This document shows, piece by piece, positions 6,701 to 18,008 of a stretch of 64,000 nt of DNA; within the stretch, counting starts at the first letter, position 1, and each line of letters opens with the position of its first letter. The DNA comes from a virus (lineage: Duplodnaviria > Caudoviricetes): the IMG/VR virus record IMGVR_UViG_3300032280_000651, positions 15,182-79,181 of that record; one strand, written 5' to 3'. The notes under the pieces were generated by a model, which worked only from the letters and a program-made list of their open reading frames with translations, made no database searches and had not been told where the DNA came from. The position numbers and the translations under genes were made by a program.

Positions 6701-8568
6701 TATTCTTCTATCATAAATTCATTTATAAATGACTTTCTTTTCTCCATTTCTTCATCTGAAAAAGTATCGGAATCAGCTTCGGTCTCAATCTTTTTAAATA
6801 ATTCATCTAATGTTATAATTGGAGTATCTCTAAATAATGATACATTATTCTCATAAGATCTTATTTCTTTATAATAATCAAACCAATCAGTCTTACGGCT
6901 ATTTGGTACATCATCAACTTCTGTAGTAGTCTCTAATTCATAATCAAATAACTTAGCGTCTTCTTTAGTTAAATAGAAATGATCTTTCTCATTATCAGTT
7001 TTTATTAAGAATGTTTCAATAGAAAATATATCTAAAATATACTCTTCTTTATAATCTAGTGTAAGTAAGTCTTTATGAACTGCATCTGTATTTGACCAAT
7101 CAGAGTATTTATCAGATAACTTTTCAAACCATTCTTTTTTCATTAAATATTTAACCATAATAATATCTCTTGCATCTCTATGGAATGGTTCATAAACCGT
7201 GTAGTTATATTCTTCTGGTTCGGCAGTATCTTCATCAATTCTTACAATAGTATCAACTGTAGTTCCTTCTAAGAAGTATTCATTGTTATATTCTGACCAA
7301 ACTGCATCCTCAACATGACAATAAGTATTTTCATATTCTAAATAAACAATATCATCATAACTTTCAGGATAATAACCTCTTCTTCTATCAGAACCAACCG
7401 TAACTTCTACATTATCATGATCATAAATCCAATCCTGTAAAGGTCTTGAGAAAACCGCTTCTGATCTATCAATCTCGGTATCATACCAATCTGAGTAAAC
7501 TGCATCTCTTACTTCTTCATAACCTCCAGAAGTACTTGATAAAATATAACATCCAATTGCTTCCTCACCATTTTCATAATCATTATAAAGTGTTCCTGTA
7601 CTAGGATCATATCTTCTAAACGTATCTACATAAGGAAATTCCCTATAGTTCTTTTTCTTAACTTTAACAGTCATATTTGTAGCTTTAGACTCATCATTGT
7701 AAGTTACTGCAGCTAAATTAGTATGATTATTATATGTTTTATAAGACCAACCTTTTTCTTTAGCATAAGTTCTAAACTTTTCTACATCAGATTCTTTTAT
7801 AGTATATTGTCTATCTAAGAAGTATTCTGCATCATTATCTGATGTCTCGATTTTCCAAATTAAAGCTCTACCAATTACCATATCGTCTTCTAATAAAACT
7901 AACATTCTACAAACTTCTGTATTTTCCATATAGATTTGAAAAGTTTCTTTATTTTGTTTGGCCATACAAGAACTACCTAAAGTACCTGACATTGTTTTAT
8001 AATTTTTATGATCGTAATAATCACCAATTTCTTCTCCAGAAACCTCAATAAATCTTTCTCCTGATTGTTCTAGAGCAGCTTTGAACTTATTTACAAAATC
8101 TTCAACTTCTTTAGCAGAAAATTCAGAGGTTAAAATATTATTTACAAAACGACCTAATTTAACTGGATTTCTACCTTTCTTATAAGGATCACCATCACCT
8201 ATCTCACCTCGACCATTTAAAGGAGAATAACTTCTAATCGGATAATCTTGCATGTGTAATTTCCAAATATCATTACCAATCTCTTCATCATTATCCAATA
8301 TTCTACCCATTTCATCTTCTGGTATCTGGAACTTAGCTGCTAAAATCTTTTTAGAGTTTTTCATTGTTGTAAATGAAACATAACCTTCTTTATCCAAATT
8401 GACAAATGTTATATCTGGTTTTATATTATCTCTTTCTATATCTAATAATTTCCTTGCAATAGGTTCACTTTTTAATTTACTTAATGCCCTTCTAAACGGT
8501 GGTGCAAAGTGAATTACTGACTCAGTTAGTAATTTCTCTAAAATAAAATCATCATATTTGTTTAACAT
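6700..8568 (-). CDS. Large hypothetical phage protein with CTS-like N-terminus
   Basis: 622 aa; starts MLNKYDDFILE; central GSSCM...GRALIW...DRQY block; acidic C-terminal half. Confidence 0.75.
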   Translation of the reverse strand: MLNKYDDFILEKLLTESVIHFAPPFRRALSKLKSEPIARKLLDIERDNIKPDITFVNLDKEGYVSFTTMKNSKKILAAKFQIPEDEMGRILDNDEEIGNDIWKLHMQDYPIRSYSPLNGRGEIGDGDPYKKGRNPVKLGRFVNNILTSEFSAKEVEDFVNKFKAALEQSGERFIEVSGEEIGDYYDHKNYKTMSGTLGSSCMAKQNKETFQIYMENTEVCRMLVLLEDDMVIGRALIWKIETSDNDAEYFLDRQYTIKESDVEKFRTYAKEKGWSYKTYNNHTNLAAVTYNDESKATNMTVKVKKKNYREFPYVDTFRRYDPSTGTLYNDYENGEEAIGCYILSSTSGGYEEVRDAVYSDWYDTEIDRSEAVFSRPLQDWIYDHDNVEVTVGSDRRRGYYPESYDDIVYLEYENTYCHVEDAVWSEYNNEYFLEGTTVDTIVRIDEDTAEPEEYNYTVYEPFHRDARDIIMVKYLMKKEWFEKLSDKYSDWSNTDAVHKDLLTLDYKEEYILDIFSIETFLIKTDNEKDHFYLTKEDAKLFDYELETTTEVDDVPNSRKTDWFDYYKEIRSYENNVSLFRDTPIITLDELFKKIETEADSDTFSDEEMEKRKSFINEFMIEE

Positions 8569-8605
8569 ATTATTTAAAAACTTTTACTTTTTCTTATATA
8601 TAAAA

Positions 8606-8636
8606 TTTGTTAACTCGAATTTTATTTGTACATTTG
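8606..8636 (+). promoter_or_regulatory. Bacteroidota-type promoter for the kinase gene
   Basis: TTTG(8606-09)-N19-TACATTTG(8629-36). Confidence 0.65.
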
Positions 8637-8641
8637 TAACT

Positions 8642-9118
8642 ATGAAAGCAAAATCACCATTCGTTATATTATTATCTGGCATACCAATGTCTGGTAAATC
8701 TACTTGGGTAAGAGAAAACTACCCAGACACTCTAACTATTTCTAGAGACGAGCTTGTTATGGAAGTTGCTGGTACAAGAGATTATAACCTAGCCTTTAAA
8801 ACTGTAAATCAAAAAGCAGTTGATAAACTATTGGTTAAAAGAATAACTGATGCAGCTACTCAAAAAGTAGATGTTATCATCGATATGACAAATGTATCAA
8901 CAAAAGTTAGAGCTAAAAATCTTTCTTACTTTTCTGACGACTACTACAAAGTAGCAGTGGTTTTACCAATCTTAGATTCAGCAGAATACAAAAGAAGAAA
9001 CGAGTTTAGATCAATGAACGAAAACAAATTCATTCCACCATTTGTAATTAAATCAATGATGGACTCTTTTGTTGTACCAACAGAAGCAGAAGGATTTGAT
9101 AAAATAATTTTAGTGTAA
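8642..9118 (+). CDS. AAA_33-type P-loop kinase (polynucleotide kinase-like)
   Basis: GIPMSGKST Walker A, ISRD, IIDMTN; start moved to ATG 8642, downstream of the promoter. Confidence 0.8.
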   Translation: MKAKSPFVILLSGIPMSGKSTWVRENYPDTLTISRDELVMEVAGTRDYNLAFKTVNQKAVDKLLVKRITDAATQKVDVIIDMTNVSTKVRAKNLSYFSDDYYKVAVVLPILDSAEYKRRNEFRSMNENKFIPPFVIKSMMDSFVVPTEAEGFDKIILV

Positions 9119-9486
9119 TGGCAAGAATGATTAAAAAATATGATCTGGGTCAATCCAGAGACCTTTATAAACAAATGAAGGAACAAATCAAGGAAAAAGA
9201 AAAAAACAAAAATATGGATATAATAAACATTCTAGTAGATGCAGTTGTTGCATCAGGGAAGAAATTTAATGAGATACCTAAAGAAAGTATCTTTGCTTAC
9301 CTTGATAAGGCGGGTATAGGGAAGTCTAAATGGCAGAGTACCTATGATACTTTAGCAAGTAACTTCAAAGAAACTGTTCCGATTGTTAAAAAAATTGAAC
9401 AATCACATACACAATCTAAGACTGATTTAAAACAAAGACAACCAAGGAAAAGTATTTTCTCAGAAATTAAAAAAATTACCCCATAA
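9118..9486 (+). CDS. Hypothetical protein
   Basis: 122-aa ORF coupled to the kinase stop. Confidence 0.6.
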   Translation: MARMIKKYDLGQSRDLYKQMKEQIKEKEKNKNMDIINILVDAVVASGKKFNEIPKESIFAYLDKAGIGKSKWQSTYDTLASNFKETVPIVKKIEQSHTQSKTDLKQRQPRKSIFSEIKKITP

Positions 9487-9488
9487 TA

Positions 9489-9539
9489 TTTGGATTATCG
9501 GGGTAATCACCGTATATTTGTACTGTAATCAAATAACAA
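9489..9539 (+). promoter_or_regulatory. Bacteroidota-type promoter plus leader box shared with 59989-60039
   Basis: TTTG-N20-TATATTTG followed by TAATCAAATAACAA. Confidence 0.7.
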
Positions 9540-9552
9540 CAAATATATCACT

Positions 9553-9891
9553 ATGAACTCTATAGACACTTTAAAATTCGTTGACGGTAACTTTATATCT
9601 TCTGACTCTTTCTCTGATATGGTATATGAAAATGAAGGTTCTTTCACTGAAAAAGATCAATATATGTTCTTTGAGTATGGTGACACAGAAGTAACCGTTA
9701 ACTACGAACTTTATGTTGATGGTACTATCGAAGAAGAAAGTGGTGACTGGTACACACCAGGTTCTTGTGAAGTTTTTATAACTGACACTGACATAACTAT
9801 CACCGAAGTATTCGTTGATGGTGTTCTAACAAATGTAGATGCTCAAGACTTAACGAAACTTGAGAAATTAATAAAAACACAATTATCATAA
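9553..9891 (+). CDS. Acidic hypothetical protein
   Basis: 112-aa ORF between promoter and terminator. Confidence 0.75.
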   Translation: MNSIDTLKFVDGNFISSDSFSDMVYENEGSFTEKDQYMFFEYGDTEVTVNYELYVDGTIEEESGDWYTPGSCEVFITDTDITITEVFVDGVLTNVDAQDLTKLEKLIKTQLS

Positions 9892-9894
9892 TAG

Positions 9895-9925
9895 AAAAAC
9901 TCAGATTTATAGTCTGAGTTTTTTT
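9895..9925 (+). terminator. Intrinsic terminator
   Basis: AAAAACTCAGA-TTTATAG-TCTGAGTTTTT. Confidence 0.8.
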
Positions 9926-9936
9926 ATATATATGAT

Positions 9937-10788
9937 ATGCAAATTAGAAAACTAGGGGATAATAAACCAAAAATATTAATAATACAAGGCTCACCAAGGG
10001 ATAAAGACACTTGTTCTGATATGAGTTCTAAAAGTCATGATATAGTTGATTACATCAAAGATAAATGGTTACCATTTATTGACTTTCACACAATTGATTT
10101 AGCAGTCAACCATTCAAAACAACCAATTATTCAACCGTGTAAAGGTTGTGTATCAACTGCAGGTGGTTATCATTGTCATTTTCCTTGCTCTTGTTATTTC
10201 AAAGGTGATAAGAAGAAACCCGATTTAATGCACGACTTAGATATATATCAATTACTACAAGAATGTGACGCATTTATTATTATATCACCTGTTCACTGGT
10301 TTTCTTTAACTTCACAAGTAAAATCTTTTTTCGATAGATTAGTTTGTGTTAACCAAACACTTGCAGTTGATGATGCCAAAAATCTAATGGGTCCTAAAAA
10401 TATTAAAAACTCGGAAATTACTGGTAAACTTTCAAAGTCCGGTAAATATGAAAATATGTTAAGAAATCACTTAGATGGTAAGGTTGGTGCTTTTTATGTA
10501 CACGGTGATGATGGTGCTAATGATTATGTAAAAAATAACTTACCTGAATCATATGATGTAATATCAGATCCTTTTTCAATTGATCCTAAATCGGCAGTAT
10601 TACCTTATATTATGCAGATGAAATACTCAGGTGTATTTGTACCGGATAATCTAGTACAAGCGTTCCATGTAAATAAGGGTTTAGATTATTATACTGCAAA
10701 TAAAACCTTTGATAAACAAAAGGAATTTAAAGAAAGAGCGGATGTTCTTATAGAAAATTTATTAAATTATTTAGATGAAAAAGATTAA
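9937..10788 (+). CDS. Flavodoxin-like/iron-sulfur flavoprotein (FMN reductase fold)
   Basis: ILIIQGSPR, IQPCKGC...CHFPCSC, DAFIIISPVHWF...KSFFDRL. Confidence 0.8.
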   Translation: MQIRKLGDNKPKILIIQGSPRDKDTCSDMSSKSHDIVDYIKDKWLPFIDFHTIDLAVNHSKQPIIQPCKGCVSTAGGYHCHFPCSCYFKGDKKKPDLMHDLDIYQLLQECDAFIIISPVHWFSLTSQVKSFFDRLVCVNQTLAVDDAKNLMGPKNIKNSEITGKLSKSGKYENMLRNHLDGKVGAFYVHGDDGANDYVKNNLPESYDVISDPFSIDPKSAVLPYIMQMKYSGVFVPDNLVQAFHVNKGLDYYTANKTFDKQKEFKERADVLIENLLNYLDEKD

Positions 10789-11257
10789 AAGATTATTAGA
10801 GTTCTTCGATGATGAAGATTTTAAATCTGAATACGAGATACCTTATTTAAAAGGTGAAATGCCGGAAGTAATAAGTAAGTTTAAAAGTTATGAGTCTGGT
10901 GAAGATATTAGATTTTTAGATGTAATGAGATACCAATTCCCAGTACTTAATCACTTTAACTATAAAGTAGTTGAGAAAGGTGAACAAAAGATACATCTTC
11001 TTTTTGCTACATCTTTAAAACATGTAAATGGTGACGATTATTATGGTTCTATTACGTTTGCTTTCTACAAACAACAATACAATGTAATTACAATCTTTAG
11101 AAAATTAAAAGAAAATGATAAATCTAAGTGGGATGTTAAAGAGAATAAATTTGATGATATTCAATCAACATTCCCAGTTGTTGAAGATTTTATAAAAAGA
11201 TGTGAAGATTTTAACATTATAGAATCGGATCTTAATTTTAATATACAAAGTAACTAA
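10775..11257 (+). CDS. Hypothetical protein, weak CTS-like N-terminus
   Basis: 160 aa; MKKIKRLLEFFDDE. Confidence 0.7.
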   Translation: MKKIKRLLEFFDDEDFKSEYEIPYLKGEMPEVISKFKSYESGEDIRFLDVMRYQFPVLNHFNYKVVEKGEQKIHLLFATSLKHVNGDDYYGSITFAFYKQQYNVITIFRKLKENDKSKWDVKENKFDDIQSTFPVVEDFIKRCEDFNIIESDLNFNIQSN

Positions 11258-11302
11258 ACAAATTCCTAACATTTCTGTATAACATAAAAATTAAATTTTT
11301 TT

Positions 11303-11632
11303 ATGTGGGTAAAAATTGACAATGAAGTTTTTCATGTCGAAGATATAAGTGTGCAATTATCCATTGCTAAACACGCAACTATTTATCTCGAATTAAATAT
11401 TGAAAACAATCAACATTACTATGCTTTCTTTGTAGATAAGTATGAAAACATCAAACGATTTACAATAGAACACCCTAAGTATATTGCTAAAAACTGTAAG
11501 ATAAAAACTATTGATATAGTTTTCAATTCTAAACTAAATCTAAATATATTCTGTGAACATATTGATACAGACATATCTGAAAGAAGAGACTCAATCATTG
11601 AACAAATTTTAGAAGAAAATAAAAAACTTTAA
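11303..11632 (+). CDS. Hypothetical protein with C-terminal motif
   Basis: Ends RRDSIIEQILEENKKL. Confidence 0.7.
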   Translation: MWVKIDNEVFHVEDISVQLSIAKHATIYLELNIENNQHYYAFFVDKYENIKRFTIEHPKYIAKNCKIKTIDIVFNSKLNLNIFCEHIDTDISERRDSIIEQILEENKKL

Positions 11633-11679
11633 CCAATTACCGAATATAAAACTTATTATAAATCTTAATTAAATAAATT

Positions 11680-13782
11680 ATGGAGATAAACAAACAATAT
11701 CTAACAAAAACTCTTGATGTTAAAGCTTCTTTAGAGGATGATGACGATGAAGATTACAACAAATTTGGTGGTGCTGGTAAAAAATCCGATACTAAATCTA
11801 AAACTCCGGTATTAGATACCTATAGTCGTGATTTAACCAAATACGCTGAAGAAGGTAAACTTGATCCTATTGTTGGTAGAGATAAAGAAATTGAAAGAGT
11901 TTCTCAAATTCTTTCACGTAGAAAGAAAAATAATCCTATCTTACTTGGTGAAGCCGGAGTTGGTAAATCTTCTATTGCAGAAGGATTAGCACTTAGAATC
12001 GCACAACGTAAAGTTAGTAGAATTCTTTTTGACAAAAGAGTAGTTATGTTAGATCTAGCTTCTATGGTTGCTGGTACTAAATACCGTGGTCAATTTGAAG
12101 AAAGAATCAAAGCACTTATGGCAGAAGTTGAAGATGATAAATCAATTATCCTTTTCATTGACGAGATTCACACTATGATTGGTGCAGGTGGTTCAAGTGG
12201 TTCTATGGATGCTTCTAATATGTTCAAACCTGCTTTAGCTAGAGGTGAGATACAAATTATCGGTGCAACAACACTTGATGAATATAGAAAACACGTTGAA
12301 AAAGATGCTGCTTTAGAAAGACGTTTTCAAAAAGTCACTATCGAACCTGCTACACCAGAAGAAACTATACAAATCTTAACAAACATAAAAGATAAGTATG
12401 AGTCTCACCACAATGTAACCTATACTGATGAAGCTATCAAAGCTTGTGTTGATTTAACTGTTAGATATATGTCTGACAGACACTTACCAGATAAAGCTAT
12501 TGATGCTTTAGATGAAGCTGGTGCAAGAGTACACATTTCTAACATTGTTGTACCACAAGAAATTACTGACATCGAACAGAAGATTGTGGACATCAAAGAA
12601 AAGAAAAATGATGTTATCAAACGTCAGAAGTATGAAGAAGCTGCTAAATTGAGAGACGTTGAAAAACAATTAAACATTCAATTAGAAACCGCTAAACAAA
12701 AGTGGGAAGAAGAAACTTTGAAAAACAGACAAATAGTAAGTGAAGATAATGTAGCTGAAGTTGTTTCAATGATGACTGGTATTCCAGTTCAGAAAGTAAA
12801 TCAAAGTGAAAACAAAAAACTTGCCAAAATGTATGATAACATTGCAGGTAAAGTTATTGGACAAGATGACGCTGTTAAGAAAATTATAAAATCTATCCAA
12901 AGAGGTAGAGTTGGTATGAAAGATCCAAACAAACCAATCTTTAGTGGTATCTTAATTGGTAACTCTGGAGTTGGTAAAACAGAATTGGCTAAACAATTAG
13001 CTAAGTATTTGTTTGAATCAGAAGATTCTTTAATCAGATTAGATATGTCTGAATATATGGATAAAATCTCATTATCAAGAATTCAAGGTGCTGCACCTGG
13101 ATATGTTGGATATGATGATGCGAATGTATTAGACAAAATCAGAAGAAAACCTTATTCAGTAATTCTTCTTGATGAGATTGAGAAAGCTCACGGAGATATA
13201 TTCAACCTGTTCTTACAAATGTTAGATGAAGGACATATTACAGATTCTCACGGTAGAAAAGTTAGTTTTAAAAACTGTGTAATCTTAATGACTTCAAATG
13301 TTGGTACTAAAACAGTTAAAGAATTTGGGGCAGGAGTTGGTTTCAATACCAAAACTAAAGAATCTAAAAAAGATGAAGACATCAAAGGTATCTTAGAGAA
13401 AGAATTGGCAAAGAAATTTGCTCCTGAATTTATCAACAGATTAGATGAAATCATTTACTTTAAAGATTTAGGTAAAGAAGAGATTATGAAAATCGTTGAG
13501 TTAGAGTTGAGAAAAACTTTAGCAAGAGGTTTAGAGATTGGATTTACTTTAGAAGTTTCTGACTCATTAAAAGAACATTTAGTTGAAATAGGATATGATC
13601 CTAAGTTTGGTGCTCGTCCTTTAAAAAGAGCTATTCAAAGAAGTATCGATGATGCAGTAACTGAGTTTATTATTGAAAGTGAACCAAAAGAAGGTACTAC
13701 ATTAGTACTTGATTATGACGCTGAGAAAGAAGAAACAACAGTCAACTTGAAAAAGAGAAAGAAAATTAAAAAAGAAGAGTAA
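11680..13782 (+). CDS. clpC: ClpC-type AAA+ ATPase lacking the N-terminal Clp repeat domain
   Basis: D1 GEAGVGKS and FIDEIH; UVR-like coiled coil ([11 protein letters not shown]); D2 GNSGVGKT and LLDEIEKAH; GARPLKR. Confidence 0.85.
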   Translation: MEINKQYLTKTLDVKASLEDDDDEDYNKFGGAGKKSDTKSKTPVLDTYSRDLTKYAEEGKLDPIVGRDKEIERVSQILSRRKKNNPILLGEAGVGKSSIAEGLALRIAQRKVSRILFDKRVVMLDLASMVAGTKYRGQFEERIKALMAEVEDDKSIILFIDEIHTMIGAGGSSGSMDASNMFKPALARGEIQIIGATTLDEYRKHVEKDAALERRFQKVTIEPATPEETIQILTNIKDKYESHHNVTYTDEAIKACVDLTVRYMSDRHLPDKAIDALDEAGARVHISNIVVPQEITDIEQKIVDIKEKKNDVIKRQKYEEAAKLRDVEKQLNIQLETAKQKWEEETLKNRQIVSEDNVAEVVSMMTGIPVQKVNQSENKKLAKMYDNIAGKVIGQDDAVKKIIKSIQRGRVGMKDPNKPIFSGILIGNSGVGKTELAKQLAKYLFESEDSLIRLDMSEYMDKISLSRIQGAAPGYVGYDDANVLDKIRRKPYSVILLDEIEKAHGDIFNLFLQMLDEGHITDSHGRKVSFKNCVILMTSNVGTKTVKEFGAGVGFNTKTKESKKDEDIKGILEKELAKKFAPEFINRLDEIIYFKDLGKEEIMKIVELELRKTLARGLEIGFTLEVSDSLKEHLVEIGYDPKFGARPLKRAIQRSIDDAVTEFIIESEPKEGTTLVLDYDAEKEETTVNLKKRKKIKKEE

Positions 13783-13797
13783 TACTCTTCTTTTTTT
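13768..13797. terminator. Bidirectional intrinsic terminator
   Basis: AAAAAAGAAGAGT-AAT-ACTCTTCTTTTTT. Confidence 0.8.
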
Positions 13798-13812
13798 GTT
13801 TACTAGTTATTA

Positions 13813-14337
13813 TTAAATTGACTTTGCATTATGTGCTAATTTACCTTTGGATTTGTTTTCATAATCATCCCATTGAAATAAAACTTCACCATCAGCCATC
13901 TGATATAATGAGGTAGATTGTCCTCTAGAATCTTTTCCACCTTCAGCACTGTTATAAACATCTAAAGTACAAAATTTGCCAGGATTCTCATTGTAATATA
14001 TTTTTCTTCTAAAACCATAAAAGGGAATTCTTAAAATTTCAATACAGTCAGCCGGTGCTATTATACTGAAGCTTTGACAAATTTGACCAGACCACTTCAT
14101 TATACCATATACTTCTTTACAGTTTTCTTCTTTAACCTTCTGAATAGCATCTTCTCTCATCTTATTAGTATCATCTGACGATGATACGTCTTTTGATATG
14201 AATTTGAATCCTTTCAACATATTTTCAATCTTTTTAGCTTGTTCAACCATTTTAGGACTTTCATCCCTCATTTTGTTATCAGTAGCATAATCTATATCCA
14301 TTTCTTCAAAAATTTTGAATGACTTTAAGTACTTCAT
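13813..14337 (-). CDS. Hypothetical protein with CTS-like N-terminus
   Basis: MKYLKSFKIFEE. Confidence 0.75.
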   Translation of the reverse strand: MKYLKSFKIFEEMDIDYATDNKMRDESPKMVEQAKKIENMLKGFKFISKDVSSSDDTNKMREDAIQKVKEENCKEVYGIMKWSGQICQSFSIIAPADCIEILRIPFYGFRRKIYYNENPGKFCTLDVYNSAEGGKDSRGQSTSLYQMADGEVLFQWDDYENKSKGKLAHNAKSI

Positions 14338-14410
14338 AATAATTTAATTTTTTTTTATAATCTATATATTAAAACAAAAACATCATTTTCTATATAAATA
14401 AAAAATAATT

Positions 14411-15337
14411 TTGTATATGCAAAAAGACTCAAAAATATTTATAGCCGGTCACAAAGGTATGGTCGGTTCTGCTATACATAGAAAACTAACCGAACTAGGT
14501 TATACTAATATAATAACTGCTACAAAAGAAGAATTAAATTTAAAAAATCAAGAAGACGTTAGAAACTTTTTCTGGCATCATTCTTTTGAATATGTCTTCT
14601 TATGTGCTGCCAAAGTTGGTGGTATAAAAGCTAACTCTGACTTTAAAGGTGATTTTATCTATGATAATATAATGATACAATCTAACATCATTCACTCAGC
14701 TAAGATGTTTGGTGTTAAAAAATTACTTTTCTTAGGTTCATCTTGTATTTATCCTAAGTTATGTGAACAACCAATCAAAGAAGAATACTTACTTACAGGT
14801 TCATTAGAACCAACTAACGATGCTTATGCAATTGCAAAGATTGCTGGTATTAAAATGTGTCAAAGTTTTAATGAACAGTATGGTACTAATTTTATTTCAG
14901 TTATGCCAACAAATCTTTATGGTTATAATGATAACTATGATTTAAAAAACTCTCACGTTCTTCCTGCAATGATTAGAAAGTTTCACGAGGCTAAAATCAA
15001 TAATGTACCACACGTAGAGATATGGGGAGATGGAACTCCAATGAGAGAGTTTTTATTTGTTGACGATTTGGCAGAAGCTTGTTTACACTTAATGGAAAAT
15101 TACAATGATTCTGAAATAGTAAACATTGGTACAGGAGAAGATATAACAATTAAAGATTTAGCTTACTTAGTCAAAGAAGTTGTTGGATTTGAAGGAAATA
15201 TATTCTTTAATACACAGATGCCAAATGGAACACCTAGAAAATTATTAGATGTTTCTAAACTAACAAACTTAGGTTGGCAGTACAAAACATCCCTTAGGGA
15301 GGGAATAGAAAAAACATATAAAGATTATGTCAAATAA
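14411..15337 (+). CDS. fcl: GDP-L-fucose synthase
   Basis: [40 protein letters not shown]. Confidence 0.95.
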   Translation: MYMQKDSKIFIAGHKGMVGSAIHRKLTELGYTNIITATKEELNLKNQEDVRNFFWHHSFEYVFLCAAKVGGIKANSDFKGDFIYDNIMIQSNIIHSAKMFGVKKLLFLGSSCIYPKLCEQPIKEEYLLTGSLEPTNDAYAIAKIAGIKMCQSFNEQYGTNFISVMPTNLYGYNDNYDLKNSHVLPAMIRKFHEAKINNVPHVEIWGDGTPMREFLFVDDLAEACLHLMENYNDSEIVNIGTGEDITIKDLAYLVKEVVGFEGNIFFNTQMPNGTPRKLLDVSKLTNLGWQYKTSLREGIEKTYKDYVK

Positions 15338-16358
15338 AAAAGCACTTATAACCGGTATAACAGGACAAGACGGTTCCCATTTAGCAGAACTTCTTTTAGA
15401 GAAAGGTTATGAAGTACACGGTATTATTAGAAGATGTTCTTCATTTAATACTGATCGTATCGATCATATATACGATAGAATAAAATTACATTATGGAGAT
15501 TTAACTGATCCACTAGTTATGTCAAACTTAATCAGTTCGATTCAACCAGATGAAGTTTATAACTTAGGTGCTCAGTCACACGTTAGAGTTTCATTTGAAA
15601 TACCTTACTATACAGCACAAGTTGATGGATTAGGTACACTAGCAGTTTTAGAAGCTGTAAAAAACCACTGTCCTAAAGCAAGAGTATATCAAGCTTCTAC
15701 TTCTGAATTATATGGTGGTATGTCTTATAATATGCCTGTAACCGGATATACAGAAGAATCTGTAATGCATCCACGTTCACCTTATGGATGTGCTAAGATG
15801 TATGGTCTTTGGATAACAAAGAACTATAGAGAATCTTATGGGATGCACATTAGTAATGGAATACTTTTTAATCACGAAGGTGAAAGAAGAGGTGAAACAT
15901 TTGTTACGAGAAAAGTAACAATGGCTTTAGGAGTTATTAAAAATTACTTAGATCATAGAAGATTTGACTTCCCTACGTTAAAATTAGGTAACCTTTATTC
16001 TAAAAGAGATTGGGGTTATGCTAAGGATTATGTTTATGGTATGTGGTTAATGACACAACAAGACGTACCAGACGATTATGTTTTAGCAACCAATGAAACA
16101 CACTCAATCAAAGAATTCGTTAATCTAGCGGCTTTAGAATGTGGAATGGAACTGAAATGGGTTGGCGAAGGAGTAAATGAAAAAGCTTATTATGAAGGCA
16201 ATGTAATTGTTGAGATTGATGAGAGATACTATAGACCAGCAGAAGTTGATGTACTTTTAGGAGACTACACAAAAGCTAAAGAAAAGCTAGGTTGGGAACC
16301 AAAGGTCGACTTTGAAAATTTAGTTAAAATTATGATGAATCATGATATAAAAAATTAA
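15327..16358 (+). CDS. gmd: GDP-mannose 4,6-dehydratase
   Basis: [46 protein letters not shown]. Confidence 0.95.
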   Translation: MSNKKALITGITGQDGSHLAELLLEKGYEVHGIIRRCSSFNTDRIDHIYDRIKLHYGDLTDPLVMSNLISSIQPDEVYNLGAQSHVRVSFEIPYYTAQVDGLGTLAVLEAVKNHCPKARVYQASTSELYGGMSYNMPVTGYTEESVMHPRSPYGCAKMYGLWITKNYRESYGMHISNGILFNHEGERRGETFVTRKVTMALGVIKNYLDHRRFDFPTLKLGNLYSKRDWGYAKDYVYGMWLMTQQDVPDDYVLATNETHSIKEFVNLAALECGMELKWVGEGVNEKAYYEGNVIVEIDERYYRPAEVDVLLGDYTKAKEKLGWEPKVDFENLVKIMMNHDIKN

Positions 16359-16369
16359 CAAACTCCTTA

Positions 16370-17197
16370 ATGAAAAGAAAAATTAAAATTGACTTCTCAG
16401 ATTTCTGGGGAGGATTTGACAAAACAAATAACTACTTCTATAATCTTCTTAAAGATGAATTTGATGTAGTTATTACAGAAAATCCAGATTACCTATTCTT
16501 TTCTATTTTTGGTAATAAACACTTAAACTATAAATGTAAGAAAATATTCTATACTGGTGAGAACATAGCACCACCTTTACATTATTGTGATTATTCTTTC
16601 TCATTTGATTATTTAGATGATGAAAGAAATTATAGACTACCACATTATTTATTGTATGATGGTTACTATGAACTACAAAGACCTAAGATCATTGATGAAA
16701 TTTTAGCTAAACGTAAGTTTTGTAACTTTGTTGTTTCTAACAATGGTTGTCAAGAAAGAAATAACTTTTATACTGAACTATCTAAATATAAAAAAGTTGA
16801 TTCTGGTGGTAGATTTGCTAATAATATAGGATATGCAGTTGATAATAAAGTAAAGTTTCAATCTGAATATAAGTTCTCGATTGCGTTTGAAAACAATGCT
16901 TACCGACCTCAACATCCTGGTTATACAACCGAAAAGATAATGGAACCAATGACGGTCAACTCTATTCCAATCTATTGGGGAAATCCAGATATAGGAAAAG
17001 AATTTAATACTAAATCATTCATCAATGTATATGATTTTGACTCTATTGATAGTGTCATAAATTATATTGAATACCTTGATAATAATGATAAAAAATATCT
17101 GGAACTGTTAAACCAACCTTGGTTTACTGACTATAATATACCAGAAAATAATAAGATTGAAAATATAAAATCATTCTTATATAAAATATTTGAATAA
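16370..17197 (+). CDS. GT10 alpha-1,3/4-fucosyltransferase
   Basis: YKFSIAFEN...GYTTEKI...IPIYWG GT10 signature. Confidence 0.9.
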   Translation: MKRKIKIDFSDFWGGFDKTNNYFYNLLKDEFDVVITENPDYLFFSIFGNKHLNYKCKKIFYTGENIAPPLHYCDYSFSFDYLDDERNYRLPHYLLYDGYYELQRPKIIDEILAKRKFCNFVVSNNGCQERNNFYTELSKYKKVDSGGRFANNIGYAVDNKVKFQSEYKFSIAFENNAYRPQHPGYTTEKIMEPMTVNSIPIYWGNPDIGKEFNTKSFINVYDFDSIDSVINYIEYLDNNDKKYLELLNQPWFTDYNIPENNKIENIKSFLYKIFE

Positions 17198-18008
17198 AAA
17201 AGTGAAATATACAATAGGAATAACAACTTTTGAACATAGATTTGAAAAATACTTTAAACCACTAATTAAACAGATTAAATCTGTAAAACCAGATTTAGAA
17301 GTTATAGTTTATATAAATGCCCAGTACGGTACTGGACTAAATGAAAATTATCGAAAAGACATATTAAAGTTTATTTCAGAGTACGATAATATATATCCAC
17401 TAATTACACCTCACTTTAAAGGTTTATCAAAAATGTGGAATAACATAATTATACATTCTTCAAATAACAATGTACTTGTAATGAATGATGATATATCGAT
17501 AGAACCTACATTCTTCACACAAATAGAAGAAGTTTTTAAACAAACAACCTCATCTTTTAGAATAAACAATTCTTTTAGCCACTTTCATGTAAATCGAGAG
17601 GAAGTATTTGAAGTTGGATTCTTTGACGAACGACTAATAGGTTTAGGTGAAGAAGATGGTGATTGGTGTTTTAGATGGGAAAGAAAATATCAAAAAAATC
17701 TACCATCATTAAATACACCTTTTGTAAAATCTTTCTACTATGTACTAGACGAAAATAATTCAGAAGGTATGGAAAAAGATACTACACATTCTAAATATAC
17801 ACCTTGGAATGCAAGATGGATATTTAAAAACAAATATGATCCTGAAAATACTGAATTGGCACTTAAGCAAGGATTTCCTGCAGATGGACGTGGTGGTATG
17901 TATGGTAAACCAGTTGCAATGAGAGAAGATAGTATTGAACTAGATTTCTATCCTGCTGAAAAATTCTTTTGGGAGCATATACATGAACTAAAAGAATTAA
18001 AAAAATAA
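17190..18008 (+). CDS. GT-A fold glycosyltransferase (GT2-like)
   Basis: TIGITT, WNNII...VMNDD, FFDERLIGLGEEDGD. Confidence 0.7.
   Translation: MNKKVKYTIGITTFEHRFEKYFKPLIKQIKSVKPDLEVIVYINAQYGTGLNENYRKDILKFISEYDNIYPLITPHFKGLSKMWNNIIIHSSNNNVLVMNDDISIEPTFFTQIEEVFKQTTSSFRINNSFSHFHVNREEVFEVGFFDERLIGLGEEDGDWCFRWERKYQKNLPSLNTPFVKSFYYVLDENNSEGMEKDTTHSKYTPWNARWIFKNKYDPENTELALKQGFPADGRGGMYGKPVAMREDSIELDFYPAEKFFWEHIHELKELKK

Noticed and set aside
8558-8641. N-terminal extension of the kinase ORF given in the track
   Set aside because: It overlaps the divergent gene start and promoter region; ATG 8642 follows the promoter
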